Below, in pieces: positions 26,037-34,997 of a DNA stretch of 64,000 nucleotides. Where the stretch lies: positions 960,001-1,024,000 of the forward strand of contig OZ242011.1 in assembly GCA_965204755.1 (NCBI GenBank), written 5' to 3'. A model generated the notes under the pieces. The model was not told where the DNA came from, ran no database searches, and was given only the letters and a program-made list of their open reading frames with translations. Numbering within the stretch: position 1 is the stretch's first letter; every line of letters starts with the position of its first letter. The translations under genes were made by a program, and so were the position numbers. This DNA is from Candidatus Marinacidobacterium sp. Its GTDB lineage: Bacteria > Acidobacteriota > Vicinamibacteria > Marinacidobacterales > Marinacidobacteraceae.

Positions 26037-27475
26037 GCGCCGGGCCCGCGCCCTCCCCGGAACTTCGCCCGCTCGGCCCGATCCCGGAGGACGCCGCCGG
26101 GGCGGAAGCCGACGCCCTGCTGGTGGCCCGGGCGGTCCGCGAAGCCGGGGGGAGGGCGCTGATCGTGGGCGGCTATGTGCGCGACCGGATGCTGCTCGGG
26201 GAATCCGGCGGAGAACCGGACCTCGAGGTGTTCGGGCTCCCCGCGCCCCGGCTGGAGCGGGCGCTGCGGCGGCTGGGCCGGGTCCGCCGGGTGGGCCGGT
26301 CGTTCCCGGTGCTCCGGATCGGCGGACTCTCCGTCGAGGTCGCCCTGCCCCGCCGCGAGTCCAAGATCGCGCCCGGCCACCGGGGTTTCGAGGTCGCCGC
26401 CGACCCGCAGATGAGTTTCGTCGAGGCGGCCCGCCGCCGGGACCTCTCCCTGAACGCGATGGGGCTCGACCCGCTCACCGGCGAGTTGCTCGACCCCTAC
26501 CGGGGGGCGGAGGCGCTGGCGGCGGGGACGATGCGCGCGACCGACGCGGCGAAGTTCCCGGAGGACCCCCTCCGCGGGCTGCGGGTCGCCGCCTTCGCCT
26601 CCCGGTTCGGTTTCGAGGCGGACGACGCGCTGAAGCAACTGTGCTCGGAACTCGACCTCTCCGAGTTGAGCGCGGAGCGCATCCTCGTCGAGTTGGAGAA
26701 GGCGCTGCTCGGCCCCCGGCCGGCGCTGGCGTTCCGCTTCCTGGCGGAGACCGGGCTCCTGCGCCACTTCCCCGAACCGGACGCGCTGCGCGGCTCACCC
26801 GCGCCCGCCGGGGGAGACGCGTTCGAGGCGACGCTCCTCGTCCTCGAAGCGGCGGCCGGGACGGGGACCTCCGGCCCGGAGGAGGCCCGCTCACTCCGGT
26901 TCGCGGCGCTCTGCCGGGACTTCGGCCGCCCGGCCGCGGTCGGGGAGCGGCGCGAGGAGCGCGGGAGTTCCCTCGCCCCCGACTCCCGGGCGGCCGCCGG
27001 AGCGGCGCTGGCGCGGTCGTTCCTCGACCGCCTCCGGGCGCCGAAGGCGCTGACGGCGGAAGTCGCCGCGCTGGTCCTGCGGCAGTCCGCGCCGGCCGAC
27101 TACCCCCGGAACGGGGCGCCGCGCTCCGCCTACCGCCGCCTCGCGCGGGAGTTGGCGTCGGCGGGAACCACCGCGGAGCGCTTGCTCCGGCTGGCCGAGG
27201 CGGCGCGCGCCGCGGACCCGGCGGCCGCGCCCGAAGGCGCGGCGTTTCGGGAGGGAGCGCTCGCCGCCGGCGTGTTCCGCGGCCCCCCGGAAGACGCGGT
27301 CACCGGGAAGCGGGTGCTCGCGCGGGGAGTTCGTCCGGGGAAGATCGTCGGCCGGATCCTCGCGGACTGCCGCGAACTCCAGGACGAGACCGGGGAGTCC
27401 GATCCCGATCGCCTGCTCGACCGCGTCCTCGCCGACCTGCCGACCCGCTCGGCCCCCGCCCCGAAAGACCCATGA
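26033..27475 (+). CDS. cca: tRNA nucleotidyltransferase (CCA-adding class II) with a degenerate HD domain
   Basis: VGGYVRD, RRRDLSLNAM, EDPLRGLR, SAERI; GTG start overlapping the MOSC stop. Confidence 0.85.
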   Translation: MSAGPAPSPELRPLGPIPEDAAGAEADALLVARAVREAGGRALIVGGYVRDRMLLGESGGEPDLEVFGLPAPRLERALRRLGRVRRVGRSFPVLRIGGLSVEVALPRRESKIAPGHRGFEVAADPQMSFVEAARRRDLSLNAMGLDPLTGELLDPYRGAEALAAGTMRATDAAKFPEDPLRGLRVAAFASRFGFEADDALKQLCSELDLSELSAERILVELEKALLGPRPALAFRFLAETGLLRHFPEPDALRGSPAPAGGDAFEATLLVLEAAAGTGTSGPEEARSLRFAALCRDFGRPAAVGERREERGSSLAPDSRAAAGAALARSFLDRLRAPKALTAEVAALVLRQSAPADYPRNGAPRSAYRRLARELASAGTTAERLLRLAEAARAADPAAAPEGAAFREGALAAGVFRGPPEDAVTGKRVLARGVRPGKIVGRILADCRELQDETGESDPDRLLDRVLADLPTRSAPAPKDP

Positions 27476-28476
27476 CCACCGTACCCGTCCCCGACCGCCC
27501 GGCCTTCGTCCGCCCCACGACCTGGATCCGGGCCGACAAACTGACCCCGCCGCCCGGCGCGAAGGTGGTCTTCGCCAGCGAGACCTTCCAGCGCACCGGC
27601 AGTTTCAAGATCCGGGCGGCCCTGCACCGGGCGCGGAACTCCTCCTCGGGACACCTGCTCGCCGCTTCGTCCGGGAACTTCGGGCAGGCGCTCTCCTGCG
27701 CGGCGGCGATGCTGGGGAAACGGGCGACCATCGTGATGCCGACGACCGCCGCGCGCATCAAGTGCGAGGCCGTCCGGAAATTCGGCGGGGAGGTGGTGTT
27801 CACCGATGTCCACCGGGAGTCGCGCACCGAGCGGCTGGCGCGGCTGGCCCGCGACTTCCCGGGCTCGGACACCTGCGGGAGTTACGACGATCCGTTCGTG
27901 ATCGCCGGGAACGGCACCCTCGGCGTGGAGATCGGGCGGCGGCTCCTCCGGCTGGGGCCGGAGCGGCGGAAGCGGGCCGCGGTGGTCGTTCCGCTGGGCG
28001 GCGGGGGCAACGCCTCCGGGATGGTGGTCGGGCTCCGCGCCGCCGGCTGCGGCGAAGCGGAGGTGTACGGGGCCGAGCCGCTGCTCGCGAACGACGGGGC
28101 GCAGTCGCTCCGCCGGGGCGGGATCGTGTCCCTCGACCGGGAGCCGGACACCCTCGCCGACGGCGCCCGGGTGCAGCGGCTCGGCGACCACAACTGGGCG
28201 ATCCTCAAGGACGGGCTGGCGGGGATCGTGGAAGTCCCGGAGGCGGAGATCGCCGAAGCGGTGCGGCGGCTGTTCCGGGAGGCGAACCTGAAGGCGGAAC
28301 CCACGGGCGCGCTCGGCTACGGCGCCCTGCTCGCCGACCCGGAGCGGTTCGAGGGCCGGGAGGTCGTCGTCGTCGTCACCGGCGGGAATGCGGACCCGGC
28401 GGCGTACGCCCGCATCCTCGGGGGCGCGAACTCGTTCGCGGAGGCCTACGGCGCCCCGGCGGAGGGGGCGGCGTGA
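27472..28476 (+). CDS. Threonine/serine dehydratase family PLP enzyme
   Basis: QRTGSFKIR, SSGNFGQ, PLGGGG, AEPTGA, VTGGN. Confidence 0.9.
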   Translation: MTTVPVPDRPAFVRPTTWIRADKLTPPPGAKVVFASETFQRTGSFKIRAALHRARNSSSGHLLAASSGNFGQALSCAAAMLGKRATIVMPTTAARIKCEAVRKFGGEVVFTDVHRESRTERLARLARDFPGSDTCGSYDDPFVIAGNGTLGVEIGRRLLRLGPERRKRAAVVVPLGGGGNASGMVVGLRAAGCGEAEVYGAEPLLANDGAQSLRRGGIVSLDREPDTLADGARVQRLGDHNWAILKDGLAGIVEVPEAEIAEAVRRLFREANLKAEPTGALGYGALLADPERFEGREVVVVVTGGNADPAAYARILGGANSFAEAYGAPAEGAA

Positions 28477-29012
28477 GCGCGCTCACGCTGCTGCTCATGC
28501 GGCACGCCAAGTCGGACTGGGGGCAGCCGGGGCTCGCCGACCACGACCGGCCGCTGAACCCCCGCGGGGAGCGGGACGCGCCGCGCATCGGGAGGTGGCT
28601 CGCCGAGAACGGCTTCACGCCGGCGGCGGCGCTGGTTTCGAGCGCCCGCCGGGCGCGGCAGACCGCGGAGGCGGCGCTGGAGGCGGCCGGGGCGGGCGGC
28701 GCGCCGAGATGGACGACGCGCCGGCTCTACGGCGCCGGGCCGGAGGAGATCTTCCGGGCCGCGCGCGAGGCGGCGGCGGACGGGGAAATCCCCGGAGCGG
28801 CGTCCCCGCTGCTGGTCGTCGCGCACAACCCGGGGATGGAGGAACTCGCCGCCCGGTGCGAAGGGAGCGCGGCGCCGGCCGGCGGGACGGCCCGGCCCTT
28901 CCCGACCGGGGCGGTCGCGGTGGTCGCCTGCCCCGGCGCGGCCTGGGCCGGGATCCCGGCGCCGGAAGCGACGGAAGTCGTGAGGGTGGTCCGCCCGCGC
29001 GAGTTGGAGTAG
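28473..29012 (+). CDS. SixA-like histidine phosphatase
   Basis: LMRHAKS, DHDRPLN.RG, SSARRA.QT, VAHNPG. Confidence 0.88.
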   Translation: MSALTLLLMRHAKSDWGQPGLADHDRPLNPRGERDAPRIGRWLAENGFTPAAALVSSARRARQTAEAALEAAGAGGAPRWTTRRLYGAGPEEIFRAAREAAADGEIPGAASPLLVVAHNPGMEELAARCEGSAAPAGGTARPFPTGAVAVVACPGAAWAGIPAPEATEVVRVVRPRELE

Positions 29013-29035
29013 AGCCGGGGGTCGGCGCGCGGCGG

Positions 29036-29160
29036 GCCATGGCCGGCGTATCGCCGGGCGGGCCATGGCCGGCGTATCGCCGGGCGGACAGGCCGCGAGT
29101 CCGGGGAGGCAATGGCCGGCGTATCGCCGGGGAGGGAATGGCCGGCGGGTCGCCGGGGAG
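29036..29160. repeat. Array of short palindromic (REP-like) units ATGGCCGGCGTATCGCCGGG
   Basis: Four clear copies and one degenerate copy, period about 24-26 bp, each with a CCGGCG-N3-CGCCGG stem. Confidence 0.8.
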
Positions 29161-29174
29161 TTGCGCCGGGCTTT

Positions 29175-29210
29175 TACTCGATCAGGTACTCGATCAGGTA
29201 CTCGATCAGG
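29175..29210. repeat. 12-bp tandem repeat TACTCGATCAGG, three copies
   Basis: Read directly from the sequence. Confidence 0.9.
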
Positions 29211-29221
29211 CGCCGGCGGGT

Positions 29222-29381
29222 GAACCCGCTGCGGAACCTCCGGTTCCGTCCTGTGACTAACAGGTGGGCGTCTCGTGTCCGGCTCGGGCTTCCCGCTCGG
29301 TGGGCGGGCTTGCTCTCCTGCCGGTCAGAGGTGACTCCCTTTCGGATCCATCAGCCGGAACACGATGGCCCGCGCGGGTTC
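29222..29381 (-). ncRNA. ssrS: 6S RNA
   Basis: Terminal stem GAACCCGC/GCGGGTTC; GTTCCG/CGGAAC; central bubble closed by GGGAGTC/GACGCCC followed by ACCTG; -10 TACGAT 6 nt upstream (29388-29393). Confidence 0.75.
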
Positions 29382-29412
29382 GGCGTCATCGTACACAACC
29401 CGCGGTACGCCA

Positions 29413-29517
29413 CCCGCGGAAGAGCGCCCCGCCCTCCGCTCTTCGAGGGGACCTGAGGGGACTCGAGGGGATTCGAAGTCCTCTTCGCGTTTCCCGGCGG
29501 GGCGCTCTTCCCGCGGG
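29413..29517. repeat. About 21-bp inverted repeat enclosing a roughly 60-nt loop, downstream of tRNA-Leu
   Basis: CCCGCGGAAGAGCGCCCCGCC / GGCGGGGCGCTCTTCCCGCGGG. Confidence 0.8.
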
Positions 29518-29525
29518 CCGCCGAG

Positions 29526-29613
29526 TACCGGGAGCGGGACTCGAACCCGCACGCCCCCGATGGAGGACAAGGGATTTTAAGTCCCTCGCGTCTGCCGATT
29601 TCGCCATCCCGGC
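29526..29613 (-). tRNA. tRNA-Leu(TAA), CCA not encoded
   Basis: GCCGGGATGGCGAAATCGGCAGACGCG...CTTAAAA...long variable arm...GGTTCGAGTCC. Confidence 0.96.
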
Positions 29614-29796
29614 ATTCGACTCGCCCGTCTTCCCCGCTCCGCCGGCCGCCCGCTCCCGGTTTGTTCCCCGGGCGGCGTCGCGACCGGTCCGAACATTCGG
29701 CCGAACCATCGGACCCAAACATCGGGCGGAACCGCGGGGCGGAACCATCGGGCGCGAACCCGCGAGTTCCCGAAGTGCGGGGGTACTCCGCGGACC

Positions 29797-29873
29797 GTCG
29801 GGCCGGATTTGTCGGGCCGGATTTGTCGGGCCGGATTGTCGGGCCGGATTGTCAGGCCGGATGTCGGGCCGGA
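29797..29873. repeat. 12-14-bp tandem repeat GTCGGGCCGGAT(T)(T), about six copies
   Basis: In the tRNA-Cys/tRNA-Leu spacer. Confidence 0.85.
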
Positions 29874-29989
29874 CGGGAGGCGACCGGACGCCGTCAGCGG
29901 TGGTTCCGGCGGCGCGCCGGCGGCGCGAACGGGGAACGGGATGAGCCGAACGAGCGGCTCAGGCGGATAACCGGCAGTCGGGCCGGCGG

Positions 29990-30062
29990 AGGCGGCGGGC
30001 GGATTCGAACCGCCGAATAGAGGTTTTGCAGACCTCCGCCTTGGCCACTTGGCTACGCCGCC
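29990..30062 (-). tRNA. tRNA-Cys(GCA), CCA not encoded
   Basis: GGCGGCGTAGCCAAGTGG...CTGCAAA...GGTTCGAATCC. Confidence 0.96.
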
Positions 30063-30128
30063 AACCGCCGCGCTTCGCGCGCCGACCGACGCGCCGACCG
30101 ACCGGCGGCGCGAGTCTCAGGATCCGGA

Positions 30129-30203
<75 letters not shown>

Positions 30204-30218
30204 TCGGCCGAACCCGCC

Positions 30219-30224
30219 ATTATA
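30219..30224 (-). promoter_or_regulatory. -10 box of the tRNA Gly-Cys-Leu operon
   Basis: Perfect TATAAT 15 nt upstream of tRNA-Gly in a very GC-rich context. Confidence 0.7.
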
Positions 30225-30237
30225 GGGCGCGGCCGAC

Positions 30238-30786
30238 TCACACCGCGCCGCGGCGGATGCGCACCACCGGGCGCTCGAACGCCTGCGCCAGGCGGCGGCG
30301 AAGGCCGGCCGGAGACGAACGGGGAGAGCGGAGAGGAGGGCGCGCGGCCGGGAACCAGACTTCGACGACATCGAGGCGGAGTTTGGATCCCGGGGGAATG
30401 CGGCGGCGGGCGGACTCCCTTCGCCAGAGGAGGGCGGCGGCGCGGCGCAGGCGGCGGCGCTTCTCCTCGTCCACCCGCTCCATCGGCCGACCGAGGCCGC
30501 CGCGCCGGGTCTTGACTTCCACGACGGCGAGCGTGTCCCCTTCCCAGGCCACCACATCCAGTTCGGGCGCGGGCGGCCGACCGGGCCGGTAGTTCCGCGC
30601 GACGACCCGGTAGCCGGCGCGGCGGAGGGCGCGGGCCGCCACCCGTTCGCCCCGGGCGCCGAGCCGGAGGTGGGGCGCCCGGCGGGTCAGGCGGCGGCGA
30701 AGCCGCGCCTCGACGCGCAGCGAGCGGTCGGCCCGGCGCAGCGCGCGGAGGAACCGCCCCCGACGCCGCGCCCGGCGCGGGGGCAC
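30238..30786 (-). CDS. YraN (UPF0102) family protein
   Basis: LGARGE..AA..L...GY.VVARNY...ELDVVA...VEVKTR; start uncertain. Confidence 0.85.
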   Translation of the reverse strand: MPPRRARRRGRFLRALRRADRSLRVEARLRRRLTRRAPHLRLGARGERVAARALRRAGYRVVARNYRPGRPPAPELDVVAWEGDTLAVVEVKTRRGGLGRPMERVDEEKRRRLRRAAALLWRRESARRRIPPGSKLRLDVVEVWFPAARPPLRSPRSSPAGLRRRLAQAFERPVVRIRRGAV

Positions 30787-30794
30787 GGCCCTGC

Positions 30795-32243
30795 CTACCG
30801 GCGGCGCCAGCGGGCGCCGTCGCGGGAGTCCTCGACGAGGATCCCGGCCTCGGCGAGCCGGTCGCGGATCGCGTCGGCGGCGGCGAAGTCGCGGCGCTCC
30901 CGCGCTTCGGCGCGCTCGGCGAGCCGCTCTTCGACCTCTGCGTCGGAGAGCGCGCCGCCGCCCGCCGCGTCCCCGGCTCCCGCCGGCGCGCCGCGGTCGA
31001 AGACCGCGAACACCTCGTTCATCCGGCGGATCGCCGCCGCCCAGGCGGCCGCCGCCGGCGCGTCGCCGGCGTCGAGCGCCCGGTTGCCCTCGCGGAGCGC
31101 CGAGAAGGTCTCCGCCAGCGCGCGGGAGGCGTTCAGGTCGTCGTCGAGCGCCGCCTCGAACCGGCCGAGCGCGTCGGCGACCGCCCCGGGGAGAGGGCCG
31201 GAAACCTCGCCGGCGGCGGGAGCGGACTCGTCGGCGCGGGCGAGGAAGCCGTCCACCCGGCGGATCGCGGAGTCCGCCTGGCGGAGGCCGGCGCGGGTGA
31301 AGTTCAACTGCTGGCGGTAGTGGACGCTCGCCAGCAGGTAGCGGACGGAAGCGGCCGAGAAGCCGTCGTCGAGCAGGTCGCGCACGGTGAACTGGTTCCC
31401 GAGCGACTTGGACATCTTCCGGCCTTCCACGAGCAGGTGCTCGCAGTGGAACCAGTGCCGGACGAAGGGGGCGCCGGTGGCGGCTTCGCTCTGGGCGATC
31501 TCGTTCTCGTGGTGGGGGAACACCAGGTCCACCCCGCCGCAATGGAGGTCGAGGCTGGGCCCCAGCAGTTCGAGCCCCATCGCGGAACACTCGAGGTGCC
31601 AGCCCGGGCGGCCGGCGCCGAACGGGGCGTCCCAACTCGGTTCCCCCGGCTTCGAGGCCTTCCAGAGCACGAAGTCGTAGGCGTCCTCCTTGTCGTACTC
31701 GTCGGCGTCCACCCGCGCCCCGGCGCGCCGGTCCGAAGCCGAGGCGCCCGACAGCCGCCCGTAACCGGGAAACCCGGCCACCCGGAAGTAGATGGAGCCG
31801 GCGGATTCGTAGGCGGCGCCGGTTTCGAGCAGCCGCTCCACCAGCCGGATCATCGCGGCGAGGTATTCCGGATCGGTGGCGCGGGGGTAGTGCTCGACCC
31901 GTTCGATGGAGAGCGCGTCGGCGTCGGAGAAGAACTGCTCGATGTACTTCCCGGTGTATTCGCGGAGCGGGATTCCGGCCTCGTTCGCGCCGCGGATCGT
32001 CTTGTCGTCCACATCGGTGAAGTTCATCGCCTGCTCCACCCGGTACCCCTTGAACTTCAGGTAGCGGCGGAGGAGGTCCTGGGCGACGAAGGTGCGGAAG
32101 TTCCCGATGTGGCCGCGGGCGTACACGGTGAGGCCGCAGGTGTACATGCGGACGCGCGGCGGGTCGCCGGGAACCAGCGGCTCGACCCGGCCGCCGAGCG
32201 TGTTTCGCAGGCGGAGCGGACGAATCGGGACGGCGTCTTCCAC
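30795..32243 (-). CDS. cysS: Cysteine--tRNA ligase
   Basis: CGLTVY..GHIGN, NFTDVDDK, GRPGWHLECS, FPHHENE, KMSKS. Confidence 0.97.
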   Translation of the reverse strand: MEDAVPIRPLRLRNTLGGRVEPLVPGDPPRVRMYTCGLTVYARGHIGNFRTFVAQDLLRRYLKFKGYRVEQAMNFTDVDDKTIRGANEAGIPLREYTGKYIEQFFSDADALSIERVEHYPRATDPEYLAAMIRLVERLLETGAAYESAGSIYFRVAGFPGYGRLSGASASDRRAGARVDADEYDKEDAYDFVLWKASKPGEPSWDAPFGAGRPGWHLECSAMGLELLGPSLDLHCGGVDLVFPHHENEIAQSEAATGAPFVRHWFHCEHLLVEGRKMSKSLGNQFTVRDLLDDGFSAASVRYLLASVHYRQQLNFTRAGLRQADSAIRRVDGFLARADESAPAAGEVSGPLPGAVADALGRFEAALDDDLNASRALAETFSALREGNRALDAGDAPAAAAWAAAIRRMNEVFAVFDRGAPAGAGDAAGGGALSDAEVEERLAERAEARERRDFAAADAIRDRLAEAGILVEDSRDGARWRRR

Positions 32244-32282
32244 CGCGCGCTTCCCCTCAGCCGGACGCCTTCGACGCGGGCG

Positions 32283-34085
32283 TCATGCGGTCCGCTTCAG
32301 GACGATGAGCGTGAGGTCGTCGGCGAGCGGTCTCGAACCGGCGAAGGCGCGGGCGCGGGAGACCAGTTCGCCGCAGATGTCGCGGGCGCTCTTGTCCCGG
32401 GCGGCGTCCAGCGCTTCCACCAACCGTTCTTCCTCGAAGAGTTCCCCTTCCGGCGACTCGGTTTCGCTCAGCCCGTCGGTGAACAGGATGAGCAGGTCGC
32501 CGGGTTCGAGCGTGAAGCGTCCGGTTTCGACTTCGATCTCGGGGAACAGGCCGAGCACGGTGGAGCCCCGGTCGAGCCGTTCGACTTTCCCGCCGGAGCG
32601 CAGCAGCAGCGGCCGCACATGGCCGGCGTTCAGGTAGTCGAACCGCCCGGTCTCCGGCTCGAAGCGGGCGAGGACCGCGGTCATGTAGCGGTTCTCCGCG
32701 GTGTTGTCGTGGAGCAACTGGTTCAGTTCGAGCGCCGCGCCGGCGATCTCGGTGTGGCCGTGGAAGAAGAAGGCGCGCAGCGAGGCCTGGACCGAGGCCA
32801 TGATCAGCGCCGGGCCGGGCCCCTTCCCGGCCACATCGGCGATGGTCAGGAAGATGCCGCCGCGCAGGTCGAGGTAATCGTAGTAATCGCCGCCGACGGC
32901 CAGGCAGGGGATGTTCACGCCGCCGATGTCCCAGCCGGCGGGACGCGGCGGCCGGTCGGGCAGGAAACGGCTCTGGATGCGCCGCGCCGCTTCGAGTTCC
33001 TTCTCCTTCTCGATGGCGGCGCGGGTCAGCCGCAGACTGTCCACCGCGGCGGCCGCCTGCGCGGCGAGCGAACCGAGGAACGACCGGCTGGCCGGCGAGA
33101 GCGCGGCGTCGTCCACGCTGCCCGCGCCGACGAAAAGCGCGCCCCGGAACGAGCCGCAGGCGAACGGCGCGACCCAGCCGATCTCCAGTTGCGCCAGGCC
33201 GGCGGCGAGGGCGCGGTCCTCCAACTCCGCCACCGGGAGCACCCCGGCGCCCGGGCCGACCCGGGCCGCCGCCCGGAGGAGCGCGCTCCAGTCCTCGTCG
33301 GGCCGCCGCGGCCCGCGGGCGGCGAGCACCCGTCCGCCGGCGACCACCGCGGCGCGGCTCGCCAGCACATGCCCCATCGCGCCGTTCAGCAGCAGGTCCC
33401 AGACGCCGGTCTCGTCGGTCGCGCGGTGGAAGCCGGTGGTCAGGTCCATCAGCGACTGCAACTGATAGACATTCAGCGAGAGCCGGCGGTTCGCCAGCCG
33501 GAGTTCCTCGTCCCGGCGGCAGCCTTCCAGCGCCGCCCCGGCGGCGGCGGCCAGCGCTTCCAGGAAGTCGCTCTTCGAGCCGGCGATCTCCGGGCGGCTC
33601 GCGCCGACGAGGAGCACCCCGAGGAGCCGGTCGTCGAACCGGAGGAGGGCCGCCGCGTCGGCGGAAGCGGTTTCGAGGAGGGAACACCAGGGCGCTTCGG
33701 GCTCGCCGCCGTCCGGAGGGCAGTCGCCGCTCCGGACCACCGCCGCCTCCGGCAGCGCCGCCGGGAGCGCCACCGCGAGTTCGGGCCAGGCCGGGTCGGC
33801 GGCCCCGCGCCGGCCCGCCGGGCGCAGCGCGCCGTTGCCGTCGGGGCGGAGGAGACCGGTCCAGCGGGCGCCGGTCTCGCCGAGCGCCACCAGCAGGATG
33901 AGCGCCGCCACTTCCTCGGCGCGGCGCGGCCGGGTCAGCGCCGCCGCGAAGTCCGTGAAGGCGAGGACTTCGGAGATCCGGCGGCCGGCCTCCGGCCCCA
34001 GTTCGCCCAGGTGCCGGGCGAGCAGGTGCTGGTACCGGGCGCCCGGCGACTCGGGAGCGGCCGCGGCCCCTCCGCCGGCCTTCAC
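32283..34085 (-). CDS. RsbU/SpoIIE-like PP2C phosphatase with GAF-like N-terminal domains
   Basis: VGGDYYD, IADVAGKG, NAGH, FTDGLSE, DDLT; GTG start overlapping the upstream stop. Confidence 0.9.
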   Translation of the reverse strand: MKAGGGAAAAPESPGARYQHLLARHLGELGPEAGRRISEVLAFTDFAAALTRPRRAEEVAALILLVALGETGARWTGLLRPDGNGALRPAGRRGAADPAWPELAVALPAALPEAAVVRSGDCPPDGGEPEAPWCSLLETASADAAALLRFDDRLLGVLLVGASRPEIAGSKSDFLEALAAAAGAALEGCRRDEELRLANRRLSLNVYQLQSLMDLTTGFHRATDETGVWDLLLNGAMGHVLASRAAVVAGGRVLAARGPRRPDEDWSALLRAAARVGPGAGVLPVAELEDRALAAGLAQLEIGWVAPFACGSFRGALFVGAGSVDDAALSPASRSFLGSLAAQAAAAVDSLRLTRAAIEKEKELEAARRIQSRFLPDRPPRPAGWDIGGVNIPCLAVGGDYYDYLDLRGGIFLTIADVAGKGPGPALIMASVQASLRAFFFHGHTEIAGAALELNQLLHDNTAENRYMTAVLARFEPETGRFDYLNAGHVRPLLLRSGGKVERLDRGSTVLGLFPEIEVETGRFTLEPGDLLILFTDGLSETESPEGELFEEERLVEALDAARDKSARDICGELVSRARAFAGSRPLADDLTLIVLKRTA

Positions 34086-34576
34086 GGCGCGGGAGCGTCG
34101 GCCGAAGCGGCGCCGGCGCCGGGCGGGCGGTTCCGGACGAGCAGCCAACAGCCCACGCCCGGCGCCGGCCGGCGGTGCTCCACCGTGTCCATGAGCCGGC
34201 GCATGAGGTGGACGCCGAGCCCGCCGCGGCGCCGCTCCGCCGCCAGGCGGTCGAGGTCCATGCCGGAGGGCAGGTCGCCCGGCGGCTCGCCCCGGTGTTC
34301 CACCTCGATGGTCAGCGCCCGCTCCTCCCGGCGGAAGCGGAGCAGGACCTCGTGGCCGGGCTCGCCCCGGTAGGCGTGCTGCACCACATTGGTCACCGCC
34401 TCGTCCACGGCGGCGGCGATCTCCTGCGCCGCCACCGCGTCGAATCCGGCGGCGGCGGCCACTCGCCGCGCGGCTTCCCGCGTGAGCGCCAGCGACTCGC
34501 AGACCGCCGGAACCCGGATCTCGAACGAGGGCGGCGGGTCCCCGGCGGGGACCGGGTGGTCCTCGGCGGCGCTCAT
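34082..34576 (-). CDS. RsbW-like anti-sigma factor / Ser kinase
   Basis: AVDEAVTNVVQHAY, GGLGVHLMRRLMD. Confidence 0.88.
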   Translation of the reverse strand: MSAAEDHPVPAGDPPPSFEIRVPAVCESLALTREAARRVAAAAGFDAVAAQEIAAAVDEAVTNVVQHAYRGEPGHEVLLRFRREERALTIEVEHRGEPPGDLPSGMDLDRLAAERRRGGLGVHLMRRLMDTVEHRRPAPGVGCWLLVRNRPPGAGAASADAPAP

Positions 34577-34586
34577 CGGGCCCCGG

Positions 34587-34961
34587 TCACGAAGGAGGCG
34601 GGCCCGGATCCTCCTCCGGGCCGAAACTGGCGACCGCTTCCGCCTCGCTCGCGAAGGTGCGGCAGAGGCGGTCGAAACCGAGCACCCGGAAGATGTGCGC
34701 GACCGGCCCGGTGAGGTCGGCGGCGCGCATGTCCCCTCCCCGGGAGCGGACTTCCTCGATCAGGCCCATGATCGCGCCGAAACCGGCGCTGGCCACATAG
34801 GACAGGTGGGCGCCGCCGATGACGATCCGCACCTCCCCGGCGGCGACCAGCCGGTTCAGCGCTTCTTCGAAGTCCGCCACCGTGTGGGCGTTCACGAAAC
34901 CCCGGGGCTCGACCACCGCCACCCGGCCCACCCGGCGGACGGTGACTTCGAGGTCGGGCAT
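34587..34961 (-). CDS. RsbV/SpoIIAA-like STAS anti-anti-sigma factor
   Basis: GFVNAHT, LSYVASAG (phospho-Ser position retained). Confidence 0.88.
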   Translation of the reverse strand: MPDLEVTVRRVGRVAVVEPRGFVNAHTVADFEEALNRLVAAGEVRIVIGGAHLSYVASAGFGAIMGLIEEVRSRGGDMRAADLTGPVAHIFRVLGFDRLCRTFASEAEAVASFGPEEDPGPPPS

Positions 34962-34997
34962 CGGGGGGGTCGGCTCTCCGGGGAAGACGCTGCCGGC

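Noticed and set aside
29036-29160. Possible CRISPR array
   Set aside because: Units are about 20 bp with only 4-6 nt between them; there are no unique spacers and no cas genes
29455-29490. Fourth tRNA or attR tRNA fragment
   Set aside because: Only a T-loop-like TTCGAAT is present; there is no cloverleaf and no match to the 3' ends of the adjacent tRNAs
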